Source of the DNA: Candidatus Omnitrophota bacterium
GTDB lineage: Bacteria > Omnitrophota > Gorgyraeia > Zapsychrales > Fredricksoniimonadaceae
Length of the DNA stretch: 64,000 nt
Direction of reading: 5' to 3'
NCBI GenBank assembly: GCA_903860135.1
Contig: CAIOPG010000017.1
Span: 203,364 to 267,363 of the forward strand
Shown here: positions 47,502-57,697 of the stretch, in pieces
Layout of the letters: every line of letters begins with the position of its first letter
Position numbering within the stretch: the stretch's first letter is position 1
Translations under genes and position numbers: made by a program
Notes under the pieces: generated by a model
Databases searched by the model: none
What the model was told of the DNA's origin: nothing
Seen by the model: only the letters and a program-made list of their open reading frames with translations

Positions 47502-48008
47502 TTATTTCCCTTCATCCCACGTCCTAGTCGCTGAATGATAAGTTGGCCCTAAAAGCCCTGCCGTATGACTATCAAGTGGCGATGTAATATACAAGTCAAA
47601 ATTACCTGATTTAGGCCAATAAGAATACTCATCCCCTGGACATCCGATTTGTGCTAATCCTTTGGGGTATTCCCCATGTCTTTGCTTGAATTTCTCGAGT
47701 TTGAAAATAATATGTTGCGTACGGCTATCATGAGGATCAGGAAACCTGTAACCTCTGAATCCCTCCAGTATCACCCAAAAACCCAATGACACAAATAAAA
47801 CCGGTGCCAAAACCGATGTTAATACTCCGATACAAATAGCGCGCCGGCGCTTCCATAAATAGATGATTAAAAAAATCCAAGTCAACAGCACTAACGCTGC
47901 ACTTACATTAGTTGCCATATATGACTTCCATGGGAAAACCTGCAAAATAAATATTGCCAAAGGAAGATATAAACAGCCTATGCAAAAGAGAATAAAAGTT
48001 TTTATCAT
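47502..48008 (-). CDS. Hypothetical membrane protein
   Basis: Three TM segments then a soluble tail (GEYPKGL); AT-rich. Confidence 0.6.
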   Translation of the reverse strand: MIKTFILFCIGCLYLPLAIFILQVFPWKSYMATNVSAALVLLTWIFLIIYLWKRRRAICIGVLTSVLAPVLFVSLGFWVILEGFRGYRFPDPHDSRTQHIIFKLEKFKQRHGEYPKGLAQIGCPGDEYSYWPKSGNFDLYITSPLDSHTAGLLGPTYHSATRTWDEGK

Positions 48009-48101
48009 AAAATTCCGATGTATAAGACTAACGAAACCCTTGGATAACAACCCCCACCACGCTGAACCTTCTCCCGGGAAGAAGGGGTCGCGTGTGGCGG
48101 G

Positions 48102-48305
48102 TTATTTCTGGGCGTTGAGGACCGCGAAGCTGATGAGCCCGCCCGACATGAGAACACCGCCGGCAATAAAAAACAGTGCTGTTGCCGCAGCCACCTGCAA
48201 TGTTCCAAAGGCGAGCGGCAGACAAGCGATACATCCCAATCCTCCGACGGCCACAAATATTGCCGCAAGAGCCTTGCCAAACTTGGTTATAGCTTCTGGT
48301 GTCAT
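48102..48305 (-). CDS. Small two-TM membrane protein
   Basis: AGGAGG RBS before ATG 48305; two hydrophobic helices. Confidence 0.65.
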   Translation of the reverse strand: MTPEAITKFGKALAAIFVAVGGLGCIACLPLAFGTLQVAAATALFFIAGGVLMSGGLISFAVLNAQK

Positions 48306-48500
48306 AACAACCTCCTGGTTTAATATACTTCCCTGGCTGCTACTTCTAACGGGGAACAGCCTTGACCCTTTGCTTAAAACCCCTCCCCCTGCCCCCTCCC
48401 ACGCTGACGCGGGGCGGGGGATTTCATATCCCATGCAAGACAACTACCTTTTGACGCACACATATCCAAGCATGCCTGTACGGATACATTCAACTACTTA

Positions 48501-49823
48501 TTAAACTTCCTCATAACACCACCGACGGTATGTTAGCGCGACAAGGCTGGCCGTTACAATCACGGCCAATCCAAGATGCCATAAAAGAATCGGCAGGCTG
48601 TACGCTGAAATATGCATGAACTCGACGAGCACATAGGCCGCATACAGGACAACAAGGCCAATGGCGCCCGGCTTATCTTTTAGGGCCGCCACATACATCA
48701 GGCAGGCCAGTGTCATCTGGGCGAAAACTCCGGTAAATACAAGATAGACCCAAAATTTAGATGTCATGATAAATGGCAAATGCCAGATAACGGCAGGGAG
48801 TATGCCAAAAACAACCGCAATGATGCCCCAGGCACCTGTGAGAATGATTGTCAAAAAAGTCCCCCATTGCAAGGCAATTTTTTCACGGCATACTGGACGC
48901 AATAAGGCATAATCGCGGAACGACACAGTGCGATAACAAAAACACAACATCACTGCCAGCGGCAATACCGAGAGGACAAGGAAATTGGCATAAGGACGCG
49001 CATAAAATCCCGTCGGACCTGCGATATAAATAACATACCCGGTGAAAATCAGTGCCCCCGCCGAAAAGATCCCGATAATCCCCGGAATATCCTCGGCTTC
49101 AACATACGCCCAGTGAAAAGCTTGCGCGATCAGGCTTTTCTGCTGCACATAAAGGGGCACTTCACGCGGCACATAGGCACGCATTGATGCCGATGTTTTG
49201 GCCCGGTGCAGGGGCCAGGACAAAACGCAGCCAAATTCCGCCATGCCTTCTCTTAACGATGCCAAGCGCCAGACAAATCCGCCCAACATCACAACGGCTA
49301 AACCTGTCAACCCGTAATACACCGGATCCGAGATGATGAGAAGATGCAGAAAATCCCGCGTATATCCGACGATGAGTAAGAGAAGCCCGTAACCAATAAA
49401 GAGGATCCGCCGTTCTGAAATATAGGCGATCACAAGGGTGGCGAAATAGGTTGCAAGGCATAAAAATATCCAGCTCGAATTGCTCCGGTCACTAATAGTA
49501 TTCTGTAACGCCGATACCCAGCACCCCATGATGATCGCCACCAAAACCCAAATAAAGACCGCGACAAAAATGTGCGCCGCACGATACCCCGGCATCAATC
49601 CCGCCATGGGCGATACCATCTGACGCTTGATCATTATTCCCAATTGAAAGCCAAGGGTCATCCACAGGCAAAGCCAGATCGTGGTCATATCATCAAACCA
49701 ACCCCATTCTCCCCTGGCCACGGCCATATGACCAAAAGGCACGATCAGCACAAGGGCCGCCATGAGCGTCAGCATCAACTTACGCTCCCGATACAGCATC
49801 AAGACCGCTATGATATTTTTCAT
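48501..49823 (-). CDS. Polytopic membrane protein (permease partner)
   Basis: Multiple TM segments; overlaps the ATPase stop. Confidence 0.75.
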   Translation of the reverse strand: MKNIIAVLMLYRERKLMLTLMAALVLIVPFGHMAVARGEWGWFDDMTTIWLCLWMTLGFQLGIMIKRQMVSPMAGLMPGYRAAHIFVAVFIWVLVAIIMGCWVSALQNTISDRSNSSWIFLCLATYFATLVIAYISERRILFIGYGLLLLIVGYTRDFLHLLIISDPVYYGLTGLAVVMLGGFVWRLASLREGMAEFGCVLSWPLHRAKTSASMRAYVPREVPLYVQQKSLIAQAFHWAYVEAEDIPGIIGIFSAGALIFTGYVIYIAGPTGFYARPYANFLVLSVLPLAVMLCFCYRTVSFRDYALLRPVCREKIALQWGTFLTIILTGAWGIIAVVFGILPAVIWHLPFIMTSKFWVYLVFTGVFAQMTLACLMYVAALKDKPGAIGLVVLYAAYVLVEFMHISAYSLPILLWHLGLAVIVTASLVALTYRRWCYEEV

Positions 49824-50695
49824 CGGTTCATCTCCAGAAAGATCTCTTCGAGGTTCAGGTCCTCAACGTCAACGAGTGCGCCGAATGTTTTTTCCAAGGA
49901 TTCACGCCGGGCATCGCTGTAATCACGCACCGTCAGTATGGCCTGCTGGCCACGCACATAACTGTTAATGACCCCTTCCTGGCCCATGTCCGGCAAAACT
50001 CCCGTCGGGCAATAAAGGCGGACGCGCTTGACGCTCTCCTTAAGAACATCAATCCCACCGCAAAAGTCGATCGTGCCGGCACGCAGGACAGCCACGGTGT
50101 CAGCGATACGTTCCAGATCCGACGTGATATGCGTTGAAAAAAGAACCGTACAGGGACGCTCGGCCACAACATCCAGGATCGTCTTTAGAAATTCGCGTCG
50201 CGCCACCGGATCCAGACTGGCCACGGGCTCATCAAAGACAAGCAATGGCGGCTCGTGCCCCAAGGCAAGGATAATCAGAAGTTTCTGCAGTTCTCCCTCG
50301 GAAAGCGTATCCACGCGCACGGAAAGGTCCAATTTCCAGTCTTTGACAAGCTGCGCGGCCAACGCCGTATTCCACTGCGGATAGAACGACGCTGTATACT
50401 CTATAAGCCGCCCTGCCTGCAACCACGGATACGGCCGATACCCCTGCGGCACATACCCGATGCCGGCCTTGACAGCCGCCGATAAATGCCATGGATCCTC
50501 GCCGAGAATAGATGCTTTCCCCGCATCCACTTTAAGCAGGCCCAAGAGGCATTTGAGCAGTGTCGTCTTGCCGGCTCCGTTTGTGCCCAGCAGTCCGATC
50601 ACCATACCCTCGGGCACAGCCAGTGAAACCCCATCGAGGACAACCTTGCGGCCATACCCTTTGCTGACATCCTGAAGATAAATAATATTACGCAT
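49820..50695 (-). CDS. ABC transporter ATP-binding protein (YtrB-like)
   Basis: GTNGAGKTT, LSEGE, FDEPVASLD, STHITSDLE. Confidence 0.92.
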   Translation of the reverse strand: MRNIIYLQDVSKGYGRKVVLDGVSLAVPEGMVIGLLGTNGAGKTTLLKCLLGLLKVDAGKASILGEDPWHLSAAVKAGIGYVPQGYRPYPWLQAGRLIEYTASFYPQWNTALAAQLVKDWKLDLSVRVDTLSEGELQKLLIILALGHEPPLLVFDEPVASLDPVARREFLKTILDVVAERPCTVLFSTHITSDLERIADTVAVLRAGTIDFCGGIDVLKESVKRVRLYCPTGVLPDMGQEGVINSYVRGQQAILTVRDYSDARRESLEKTFGALVDVEDLNLEEIFLEMNR

Positions 50696-51092
50696 GACGA
50701 TCTTCCTCCCAGATAGCCCTCAGTTTTTGCACAACACTTGCCTCATCCAGGGACAACTGCTGTGCGCTGTTGATCACTTCCTTTATAAGCAGGGTCAAAC
50801 GCTCCTGATCCCTGTCCGGCATGGTAATTCCCTCTGCCTTCACCGGAATGCGCATCCCCTGCCCGCGCACCAATTCAATGATCCCGCTCTTTTCCAATGA
50901 TGAATACGCCTTCGACACGGTCATGGGATTGACCTCAAGGCTTTTGGAAACATCCCGGATCGATGGCAGGAATTCACCCGCCACAAACTTCCCCAGCGCG
51001 ATCCCGATCTTCACCTGATCATAGATCTGACGGTAGATCGGCACCCCCGATGCGGGACTGATCTGAAAATATAACCTGGCATTATGATCCAT
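50688..51092 (-). CDS. GntR family regulator (YtrA subfamily)
   Basis: PIYRQI, LPSIR, VNPMTVSKAY, short C-terminus, next to ABC genes. Confidence 0.92.
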   Translation of the reverse strand: MDHNARLYFQISPASGVPIYRQIYDQVKIGIALGKFVAGEFLPSIRDVSKSLEVNPMTVSKAYSSLEKSGIIELVRGQGMRIPVKAEGITMPDRDQERLTLLIKEVINSAQQLSLDEASVVQKLRAIWEEDRHA

Positions 51093-51114
51093 AATTCTCC
51101 TCTGATAACGCTAC

Positions 51115-51134
51115 TGCATTAGAAGTATAATACA
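51115..51134. promoter_or_regulatory. YtrA-like operator dyad
   Basis: TGCATTA-GAAGTA-TAATACA upstream of gntR. Confidence 0.55.
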
Positions 51135-51216
51135 CCAATACACCATTGTCAAGGGTAGGGCGAGAAAATAGCGAGAAAATATCATGAAATATTCATAACA
51201 TATACGGATATAACAG

Positions 51217-51242
51217 GTAGGAAACGGTTTACAACCGTTCCT
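51217..51242 (+). repeat. GTAG-type REP-like hairpin
   Basis: GTAGGAAACGGTTTACAACCGTTCC. Confidence 0.55.
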
Positions 51243-51325
51243 TGATCTGAATAAATAAACGAATGAATGAAAAGGAAGGAAAACCGAATGCGGCGAACAT
51301 ATTCAAAATAACGCGCCAGCTTAAA

Positions 51326-52072
51326 TCATCCGAGGGATAAAACCATGCCACCTTCAAAATTAAATTTCAATACCGAACCCGTCCTGTCAACCGCGTTCAA
51401 CGCAAGCCCGATCAACCGGAACAACGCCGTACCCTGCCGTTGCATGAAGGGCTGGGCACGATCAATTGCTGTGCCTTTACTGTCTAGAAGCACCCAGCTC
51501 TTCTCTATCATCAGAAGCTCATGGCCATAAAAATAAATTCCGACTTCATCTTTCGACCAGAAAACCCTGCTCACCGATTGACCACATATCGCAGTTAAAC
51601 GCGCGATATCTTTAGCCAAGACATTAACCCTGTGAACAAGCATCTTCTTCTTATCTTTTTTCCCCAACAAAGAACCCGGGGTCGTTAACGCCAGAGGATC
51701 CCATAAAACCGCCCAACGACTCGTGATCCCGTCAGTCAAACGCGGCTGATCCTCTGCTAACGGAAGCTGGAGCGTATGCTTATCAAAAACAAGCTCCATG
51801 CATCCGCTTTTTAAATCAACCTTGTTCAGTTTCTGCCCTGTCAAAAACAAGCTACAGGCTGTCTGCCTGAGCTTGAGACCAAAACTCCTGTCAACCTCTT
51901 GCTGCTGTACATCCTTCAACGACCACGTACCCTCGACAAGAAAAGCACTGTCCTGGAGAAAATGCACACCAATATCATAGGCCGACATAGATACGCGCGC
52001 GACCGACTTGCCAATAAAAGGATTTAAATCATTTGGAACACGGATCGTCACCGCCATACCCTGTCCTGTCAT
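51326..52072 (-). CDS. Hypothetical protein with an internal tandem domain duplication
   Basis: GKSVARV...W.L.D...DR...G..LN.VD and GQSVSRV...W.L.D...DR...G..LN.VD halves. Confidence 0.7.
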   Translation of the reverse strand: MTGQGMAVTIRVPNDLNPFIGKSVARVSMSAYDIGVHFLQDSAFLVEGTWSLKDVQQQEVDRSFGLKLRQTACSLFLTGQKLNKVDLKSGCMELVFDKHTLQLPLAEDQPRLTDGITSRWAVLWDPLALTTPGSLLGKKDKKKMLVHRVNVLAKDIARLTAICGQSVSRVFWSKDEVGIYFYGHELLMIEKSWVLLDSKGTAIDRAQPFMQRQGTALFRLIGLALNAVDRTGSVLKFNFEGGMVLSLG

Positions 52073-52099
52073 TTATAAGAATTATCAAACCCTTGTTGG

Positions 52100-53455
52100 T
52101 CAGGAACCTTTTTCCAGCAAGATCGGATAAATATCTTCAACTGTTACAAGCCCCTGTTTGGCTTTTTCGATCGCATCCATAGCAATAGAACGAAAGCCTT
52201 TCTGACGGGCGATCGTTTCAAGCTCGGTAATGGACGCATTACGGATAATCGCGTCGCGCAAATCTTCACTGAAGAAAACAACCTCAAAAATACCGACGCG
52301 CCCATGATAGCCGGTATTATTGCAATTTTTGCAACCCGCTTTCTTGTAGAATGTGACCTTGATCGGCTTGATCTTATTTTGATCACTTTCATCGAGATAT
52401 TGCATGCCTTTACCCGAATGATCGGCTTTGTCAGATGAAAACAACTGGATGTCAAGTCCGCACTGTTCACAAAGCACCTTCAAAACACTTTCATCAAGAA
52501 CATAGGGGATACGGCAACTATTACATAATTGGGGCACAAGCCTTTGCGTTACAGCCCCAATGACGGCATACGAAACCATATAACGCTCCAACCCCATATT
52601 CACAAGGCGGATCACGGTGCCAATGGCGCTGTTGGCATGCAGACTTGTCAAGACCAAATGCCCGGTAATAGCCGCACGGATAGCAATATCAGCCGTTTCT
52701 AAATCACGGATCTCGCCAATCAAGATAACATTGGGATCCTGGCGCAGAATGGCCTTCAACCCCGACGCAAAAGCTTCATCATCCTTTTTATCGATGTCGC
52801 ACTGATTGATCCCGTCGATCTGGTATTCCACAGGATCTTCAAGCGTTACAATATTAACCTGAGACGTATGAATACGATTGAGGATGGCATAGAGCGTGGT
52901 TGTTTTACCACTACCTGTCGGTCCACTCACGATCAAAAGCCCGTTCTTACGCTGAAGAATCTTCTCAAGGCAAGCCAGATCAGTGGTCCCCAGCCCGATC
53001 TTGTTTAAATCCACAAGCCCATGATCTTTATTAAGGATACGGATGGCTAACTTTTCGCCAAGCAAGGTTGGAAACGTAGCCACACGAAAATCATATTCAT
53101 TCTTCCCGATCGTCATCGAAAACCTGCCATCCATCGCCTTGCGGGCACTCATGGCATCCGTGGACATATTGGCCGAAATCTTGATGCGCGCGATAACAGT
53201 AACATTATGAATATGCGGAATACGCAAGACTTCATAAAGAAGACCATCCACGCGAAACCTCACGCGCAACCATTCCTGGAAAGGCTCAAGATGTATATCG
53301 CTCGCCCTAGACTGGATCGCTTCCGTAAAAATGGCATTAAGGACGTCGCTGGCCAGGGTAGCTCCGCTGACAGCCGGGGCACTGCCCCAGGAGGCACGCC
53401 GAGGATCCTTCTGGGCAGCAATCATTTGCGCATAATTTTCCTTGAGTGAATGCAT
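52100..53455 (-). CDS. GspE/PilB-family secretion ATPase
   Basis: ASDIH, RFRVDG, GPTGSGKTT, LRQDP, GEIRD, TGHL, tetracysteine motif. Confidence 0.93.
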   Translation of the reverse strand: MHSLKENYAQMIAAQKDPRRASWGSAPAVSGATLASDVLNAIFTEAIQSRASDIHLEPFQEWLRVRFRVDGLLYEVLRIPHIHNVTVIARIKISANMSTDAMSARKAMDGRFSMTIGKNEYDFRVATFPTLLGEKLAIRILNKDHGLVDLNKIGLGTTDLACLEKILQRKNGLLIVSGPTGSGKTTTLYAILNRIHTSQVNIVTLEDPVEYQIDGINQCDIDKKDDEAFASGLKAILRQDPNVILIGEIRDLETADIAIRAAITGHLVLTSLHANSAIGTVIRLVNMGLERYMVSYAVIGAVTQRLVPQLCNSCRIPYVLDESVLKVLCEQCGLDIQLFSSDKADHSGKGMQYLDESDQNKIKPIKVTFYKKAGCKNCNNTGYHGRVGIFEVVFFSEDLRDAIIRNASITELETIARQKGFRSIAMDAIEKAKQGLVTVEDIYPILLEKGS

Positions 53456-53493
53456 AACATACCTTTCAGCAAACTTGAACAAACTTTTTTTGT

Positions 53494-54204
53494 TTATCCC
53501 GACTTACCCATTGTAAGGCTAATCCCGCCGTGCTCGATGGCGATCTGACGTTCTTTATAGAGGAGGCCGATGGCCATCTTGAATTTCTTTTTGCTCACGC
53601 CGAATAAACGGTAGATCTCTTCAGGCGGGGTTTTATCCGTTAGCTCCATGGATCCGCCGGACTTCTTGAGAAAAGCCACGATCTTGTCCGACAAGGCATC
53701 GACCGCCGCATAGCCAGGTTTCTGCAAGCAAAGATCGATCTTGCCGTCTTCCCTGACCTTTTTGACAAAACCTTGGATCCGTTGACCGTACGTCAAGGGC
53801 TGAAATATCTCGGGCTTGTATAAAAGCCCCCAGTAGGCATTGTTCACAATGGCCTTGTACCCCAGTGGGGTAGGATCACAGATCAAAAGGTCGACGGTGT
53901 CGCCGTCATGGACATCAACCGCCGCATTGCCCATGCACTTGTCCAGACGGGCTGAAGCCGCAAAACGTCCGGCTTCATCACAATAGATGTAAACAATGTA
54001 TGACTCACCCTCTTTCATGCGCCGCTGTTGTTCCACCCATGGCACGAAAAGATCCTTGGCAAAACCCCAGTCAAGAAAAGCACCAAAATCGGTGATAGAA
54101 ACAACCTTGAAGAAATCAAACATCCCCACAAGCTCCGCCGGATCTTCGACAAGATCGGGTTCTTTGACGATCTTTGACTTTTCAGGTTTCTTGATCTCTG
54201 CCAT
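53494..54204 (-). CDS. CvfB/YitL-family S1 RNA-binding protein
   Basis: GAFLDWG..KDLFVP, VREDGKIDL, FGVSKKKFKMAIG. Confidence 0.9.
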   Translation of the reverse strand: MAEIKKPEKSKIVKEPDLVEDPAELVGMFDFFKVVSITDFGAFLDWGFAKDLFVPWVEQQRRMKEGESYIVYIYCDEAGRFAASARLDKCMGNAAVDVHDGDTVDLLICDPTPLGYKAIVNNAYWGLLYKPEIFQPLTYGQRIQGFVKKVREDGKIDLCLQKPGYAAVDALSDKIVAFLKKSGGSMELTDKTPPEEIYRLFGVSKKKFKMAIGLLYKERQIAIEHGGISLTMGKSG

Positions 54205-54260
54205 AAAATCATCCCTTATTTCTCTAACAACAATTCACTATTGCCAGCAATATACCATAA

Positions 54261-54446
54261 TCAAGATTTACATTCTGCCTTTTTTAGAATTGATATCATC
54301 GGGCACCAGTTGGTGAATGCCGACTGCAGCAGATTCGCGCCGACAAAAGCCGTGAACCAGAGCCACCCCGGATGCACAAAATGCGCCAGCAAAAGGCTGA
54401 TGAGGACAAAAACACCGGCAATGCCACGTAATTTTCTTTCGATCAT
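54261..54446 (-). CDS. DUF2892/YgaP-like small membrane protein
   Basis: FVGANLLQSAFTNWCP. Confidence 0.9.
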   Translation of the reverse strand: MIERKLRGIAGVFVLISLLLAHFVHPGWLWFTAFVGANLLQSAFTNWCPMISILKKAECKS

Positions 54447-57400
54447 TTCTTCCCCCTTTTTATAATTACACTTGAAACAACTTTCGGCTTCATGACCATA
54501 TAATAGATCACCGGGATCGCTGTGCGTGAAAGTAGCGTCGAGGCGATCTCGCCGGCCATCAACGATAATGCCAGCCCCTGGAAAATAGGATCGAATAAAA
54601 TGACCGACGCCCCAACAACCACGGCAGCCGCCGTCAGGAGCATAGGCCGAAAACGCTTGGCCCCTGCGTCAATGACCGCTTCCTCGAGCGGCACCCCTTC
54701 CTTGATCCGCAGTTCAATGAAATCAACAAGGATGATCGAGTTACGCACCACGATCCCTGCCCCGGCGATCATGCCGATCATCGAGGTTGCCGTAAAGAAC
54801 ATCCCGCTCATCCAGTGCGCCGGCAGTATGCCTATCAAGGTCAAGGGGATCGGCAGCATGATGATCAACGGCGTCTTGAACGATTTAAACCAGCCCACGA
54901 CCAGCGTGAAAATCAGAATAAGCACAATGGCAAACGCTATCCCCAGGTCCCTGAAAACCTCGAACGTGATCTGCCATTCCCCGTCCCATTTGATCGACCA
55001 GCGGTCATCGGTTTCAGGCTGTCCCATAAAAAGGACATCCGGGTGAACCTGTGCTTTGGGATTCAACGCTGGCAAAGGCAGCCTGTCGAGCCCGGCGTTT
55101 AAGCCAAGCATACCGTACACCGGACTGTCAAACCGACCCTGCACATCACCGATCACGTATGTTACACGTTCCAGGTTCTTGTGATAAATGACATGCTCTT
55201 TCATGACCGGATCAACCGTGACCAAATCCTTGACAGGGATGCGGCTTCCCGAACGCGCCAGCACGGTAAGATCAAGAACAGCATCGAGGGTCATGCGTTT
55301 TTCCCTGGGCAGGCGCAACACGATCTCGAGCGGCTCATTTTCGTTCGATAAATGGGCCAGGTCCGCCGTCTCACCCTGAATAGCACCGGCAATGATCTCA
55401 GCTACCGCATTCACAGCGATCCCATTAAGGAAACAGGCCTGCGCATTGATCCTCAAGCTGTAAAGCTTTTCCTGACGCCCGACATAACTGTCCACATCCG
55501 TGACACCAGGGTCGCTGTTCAACAGCTTTTCTACATGCGCCGCCAGATGACGCTGGCCTGCGAGCGTCGGCCCATAAACTTCGAGCACCAGGGTGGAAAG
55601 GACCGGCGGCCCGGGTGGCACTTCCGCTACCTGGACATGGCCGCCATGCTTGAGGACGATCGCGTGGATCCCCGGGCGTAACGCGGCGGCGATCGCATGG
55701 CTCTGGCGACGGCGTTCTTTCTTCCCGGCAAGATTGACCTGAAGATCCGCCTGCCATGGCTTGTCGCGCAGGAAATAATGGCGCACCAGGCCGTTAAAAT
55801 TATAAGGCGCGCTCGTGCCAATATAGGCCGTGATATTCTTCACCTCGGGGGTGGCCACAATGTAGGCGGCGAGCTCCTCGATCACAACCCGCGTCTCTGC
55901 CAGCGGCGTTCCTTCGGGCATATTCAGGACAACCTGAAATTCATCCTTGTTATCAAACGGCAGCATCTTGGCCTTCACAAGTTTCAGCGGCACCAGAAGG
56001 ATCGACCCCGACAGAAGGACCAGCATCACCATGATAAATATCTTGCGTACCCGCGCCTGATAAATAAGCGGCTGCATGTACGAACGGTATATGCGCGTCA
56101 GCAGATCATCTTTTTCCCCCTCCGCCCCGTGATCCTTGAGCGACCCCTTCTGCCAGGCGCCCCCGAGGATCCTGTAAGCAGCCCACGGTGTGGCCACGAA
56201 AGCCACGATCATGGAAAACACCATGGCCATGCTGGCGCCGATAGGGATAGGGCGCATGTACGGACCCATAAGCCCGCTGACAAAAGCCATGGGCAGGATG
56301 GCGGCAATGACCGTCAAGGTCGCAAGGATGAGCGGGCTCTGGACTTCCTTGAAGGCTTCAACCGTAACCTCCAGAAGGTCCCGCCCCTTATTCCTGGACA
56401 TGCGCAAATGGCGGACAATGTTCTCAACACCGACGATCGGGTCATCCACAAGGATCCCGATGGAAAATATAAGCGCGAAAAGCGTGATGCGGTTCAGGGT
56501 GAACCCAAGGAAATAGAATCCGGCCAGGGTCAATGACAGCGTCATCGGGATCGCGATGGCCACCACCGCTGATTCGCGCCATCCGAGCACCAACCCCATA
56601 AGGAGCGTCACGCCCAGCACAGCCAGCCCCATATGAAAAAGGAGCTCGTTTGATTTCTCGTCGGCCGTGGCTCCGTAATCGCGGGTCACGGTCCAGCTGA
56701 CATCTGCCGGGATCACGCTCCCGCGCAAGCCCTCCACTTTTTTAAGGATCTGCGCGCACAGGCGTGAAGCATTGGCCCCCTTGCGTTTTGAAACAGCCAA
56801 TGTTACAGCATCCACCGGCCCGGGAGCACTGGCCGCCCCGATAGCACCAAAACGGATATTCACGGCCGACTCTTCTTCATCGGCGCCGTCCACCACGCGC
56901 GCCACATCCTTGAGATAAACCTCCGCCCCCTGGCTTACGCTGATCACAAGATTTTCAAGGTCTTCTCTCGAACGAAAAAACCCGTCGGCTTCCACATTCA
57001 CAAGTTCCGGAACGCTTTCCAGATGCCCGGCAGAAGCTTTGACATTGGCCTGGCGGATCAACCGGCTTAGATCCAAAGGATTCAGGAATCTTGCCTTGAG
57101 CTTGTCCGCGTCAAAGAAAACCTGGAACTGGCGTTTGCGCCCGCCGGTGATCATGGTCTGGGAAATATCGGGGATCACATTAACGCTCGCCTGAACATCC
57201 GTTACCAACTTGCGCAAGCGCACAGGATCTGGCATAGAACTGTGAAATGTGAGAGTCAGCACCGGAACGTCATCAATGGAGCGCACCTTGATCAGCGGCT
57301 GAGACCCGCCCTTGGCCAGGACATCAAGGTTCGAAGCCACCTTGGTATATAATTTGATGAGGCTCTTTTCCATGTCTTCCCCCACACGGAAGCGCACCGT

Positions 57401-57697
57401 AATCACAGCGCCCTCCGCCTGGGTCATGGAATAGACATACTCCACCCCGCCGATCTCCCAAAGCTTGCGCTCACCCACGTTGACAATGCGCCGCTCCACT
57501 TCCTCGGCCGTCGCGCCAGGGTAAGCAACAAGCACATCAAACATCGGAACCGAGATCTGCGGCTCTTCTTCCCGGGGTAAATTAATAACCGAAAGGACAC
57601 CGAGGAAAACGGCAAAACCGATGATCAGCGGCGTTACCTTTGACCTAACAAAAACCCCCACGACCCGGCCGATAAAACTTTCCTGGTAAGGACTCAA
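54443..57697 (-). CDS. RND efflux permease (AcrB/AcrD/AcrF family)
   Basis: PREEEPQI, GILVDD, RFRPMLLT, 1084 aa. Confidence 0.94.
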   Translation of the reverse strand: MSPYQESFIGRVVGVFVRSKVTPLIIGFAVFLGVLSVINLPREEEPQISVPMFDVLVAYPGATAEEVERRIVNVGERKLWEIGGVEYVYSMTQAEGAVITVRFRVGEDMEKSLIKLYTKVASNLDVLAKGGSQPLIKVRSIDDVPVLTLTFHSSMPDPVRLRKLVTDVQASVNVIPDISQTMITGGRKRQFQVFFDADKLKARFLNPLDLSRLIRQANVKASAGHLESVPELVNVEADGFFRSREDLENLVISVSQGAEVYLKDVARVVDGADEEESAVNIRFGAIGAASAPGPVDAVTLAVSKRKGANASRLCAQILKKVEGLRGSVIPADVSWTVTRDYGATADEKSNELLFHMGLAVLGVTLLMGLVLGWRESAVVAIAIPMTLSLTLAGFYFLGFTLNRITLFALIFSIGILVDDPIVGVENIVRHLRMSRNKGRDLLEVTVEAFKEVQSPLILATLTVIAAILPMAFVSGLMGPYMRPIPIGASMAMVFSMIVAFVATPWAAYRILGGAWQKGSLKDHGAEGEKDDLLTRIYRSYMQPLIYQARVRKIFIMVMLVLLSGSILLVPLKLVKAKMLPFDNKDEFQVVLNMPEGTPLAETRVVIEELAAYIVATPEVKNITAYIGTSAPYNFNGLVRHYFLRDKPWQADLQVNLAGKKERRRQSHAIAAALRPGIHAIVLKHGGHVQVAEVPPGPPVLSTLVLEVYGPTLAGQRHLAAHVEKLLNSDPGVTDVDSYVGRQEKLYSLRINAQACFLNGIAVNAVAEIIAGAIQGETADLAHLSNENEPLEIVLRLPREKRMTLDAVLDLTVLARSGSRIPVKDLVTVDPVMKEHVIYHKNLERVTYVIGDVQGRFDSPVYGMLGLNAGLDRLPLPALNPKAQVHPDVLFMGQPETDDRWSIKWDGEWQITFEVFRDLGIAFAIVLILIFTLVVGWFKSFKTPLIIMLPIPLTLIGILPAHWMSGMFFTATSMIGMIAGAGIVVRNSIILVDFIELRIKEGVPLEEAVIDAGAKRFRPMLLTAAAVVVGASVILFDPIFQGLALSLMAGEIASTLLSRTAIPVIYYMVMKPKVVSSVIIKRGKK

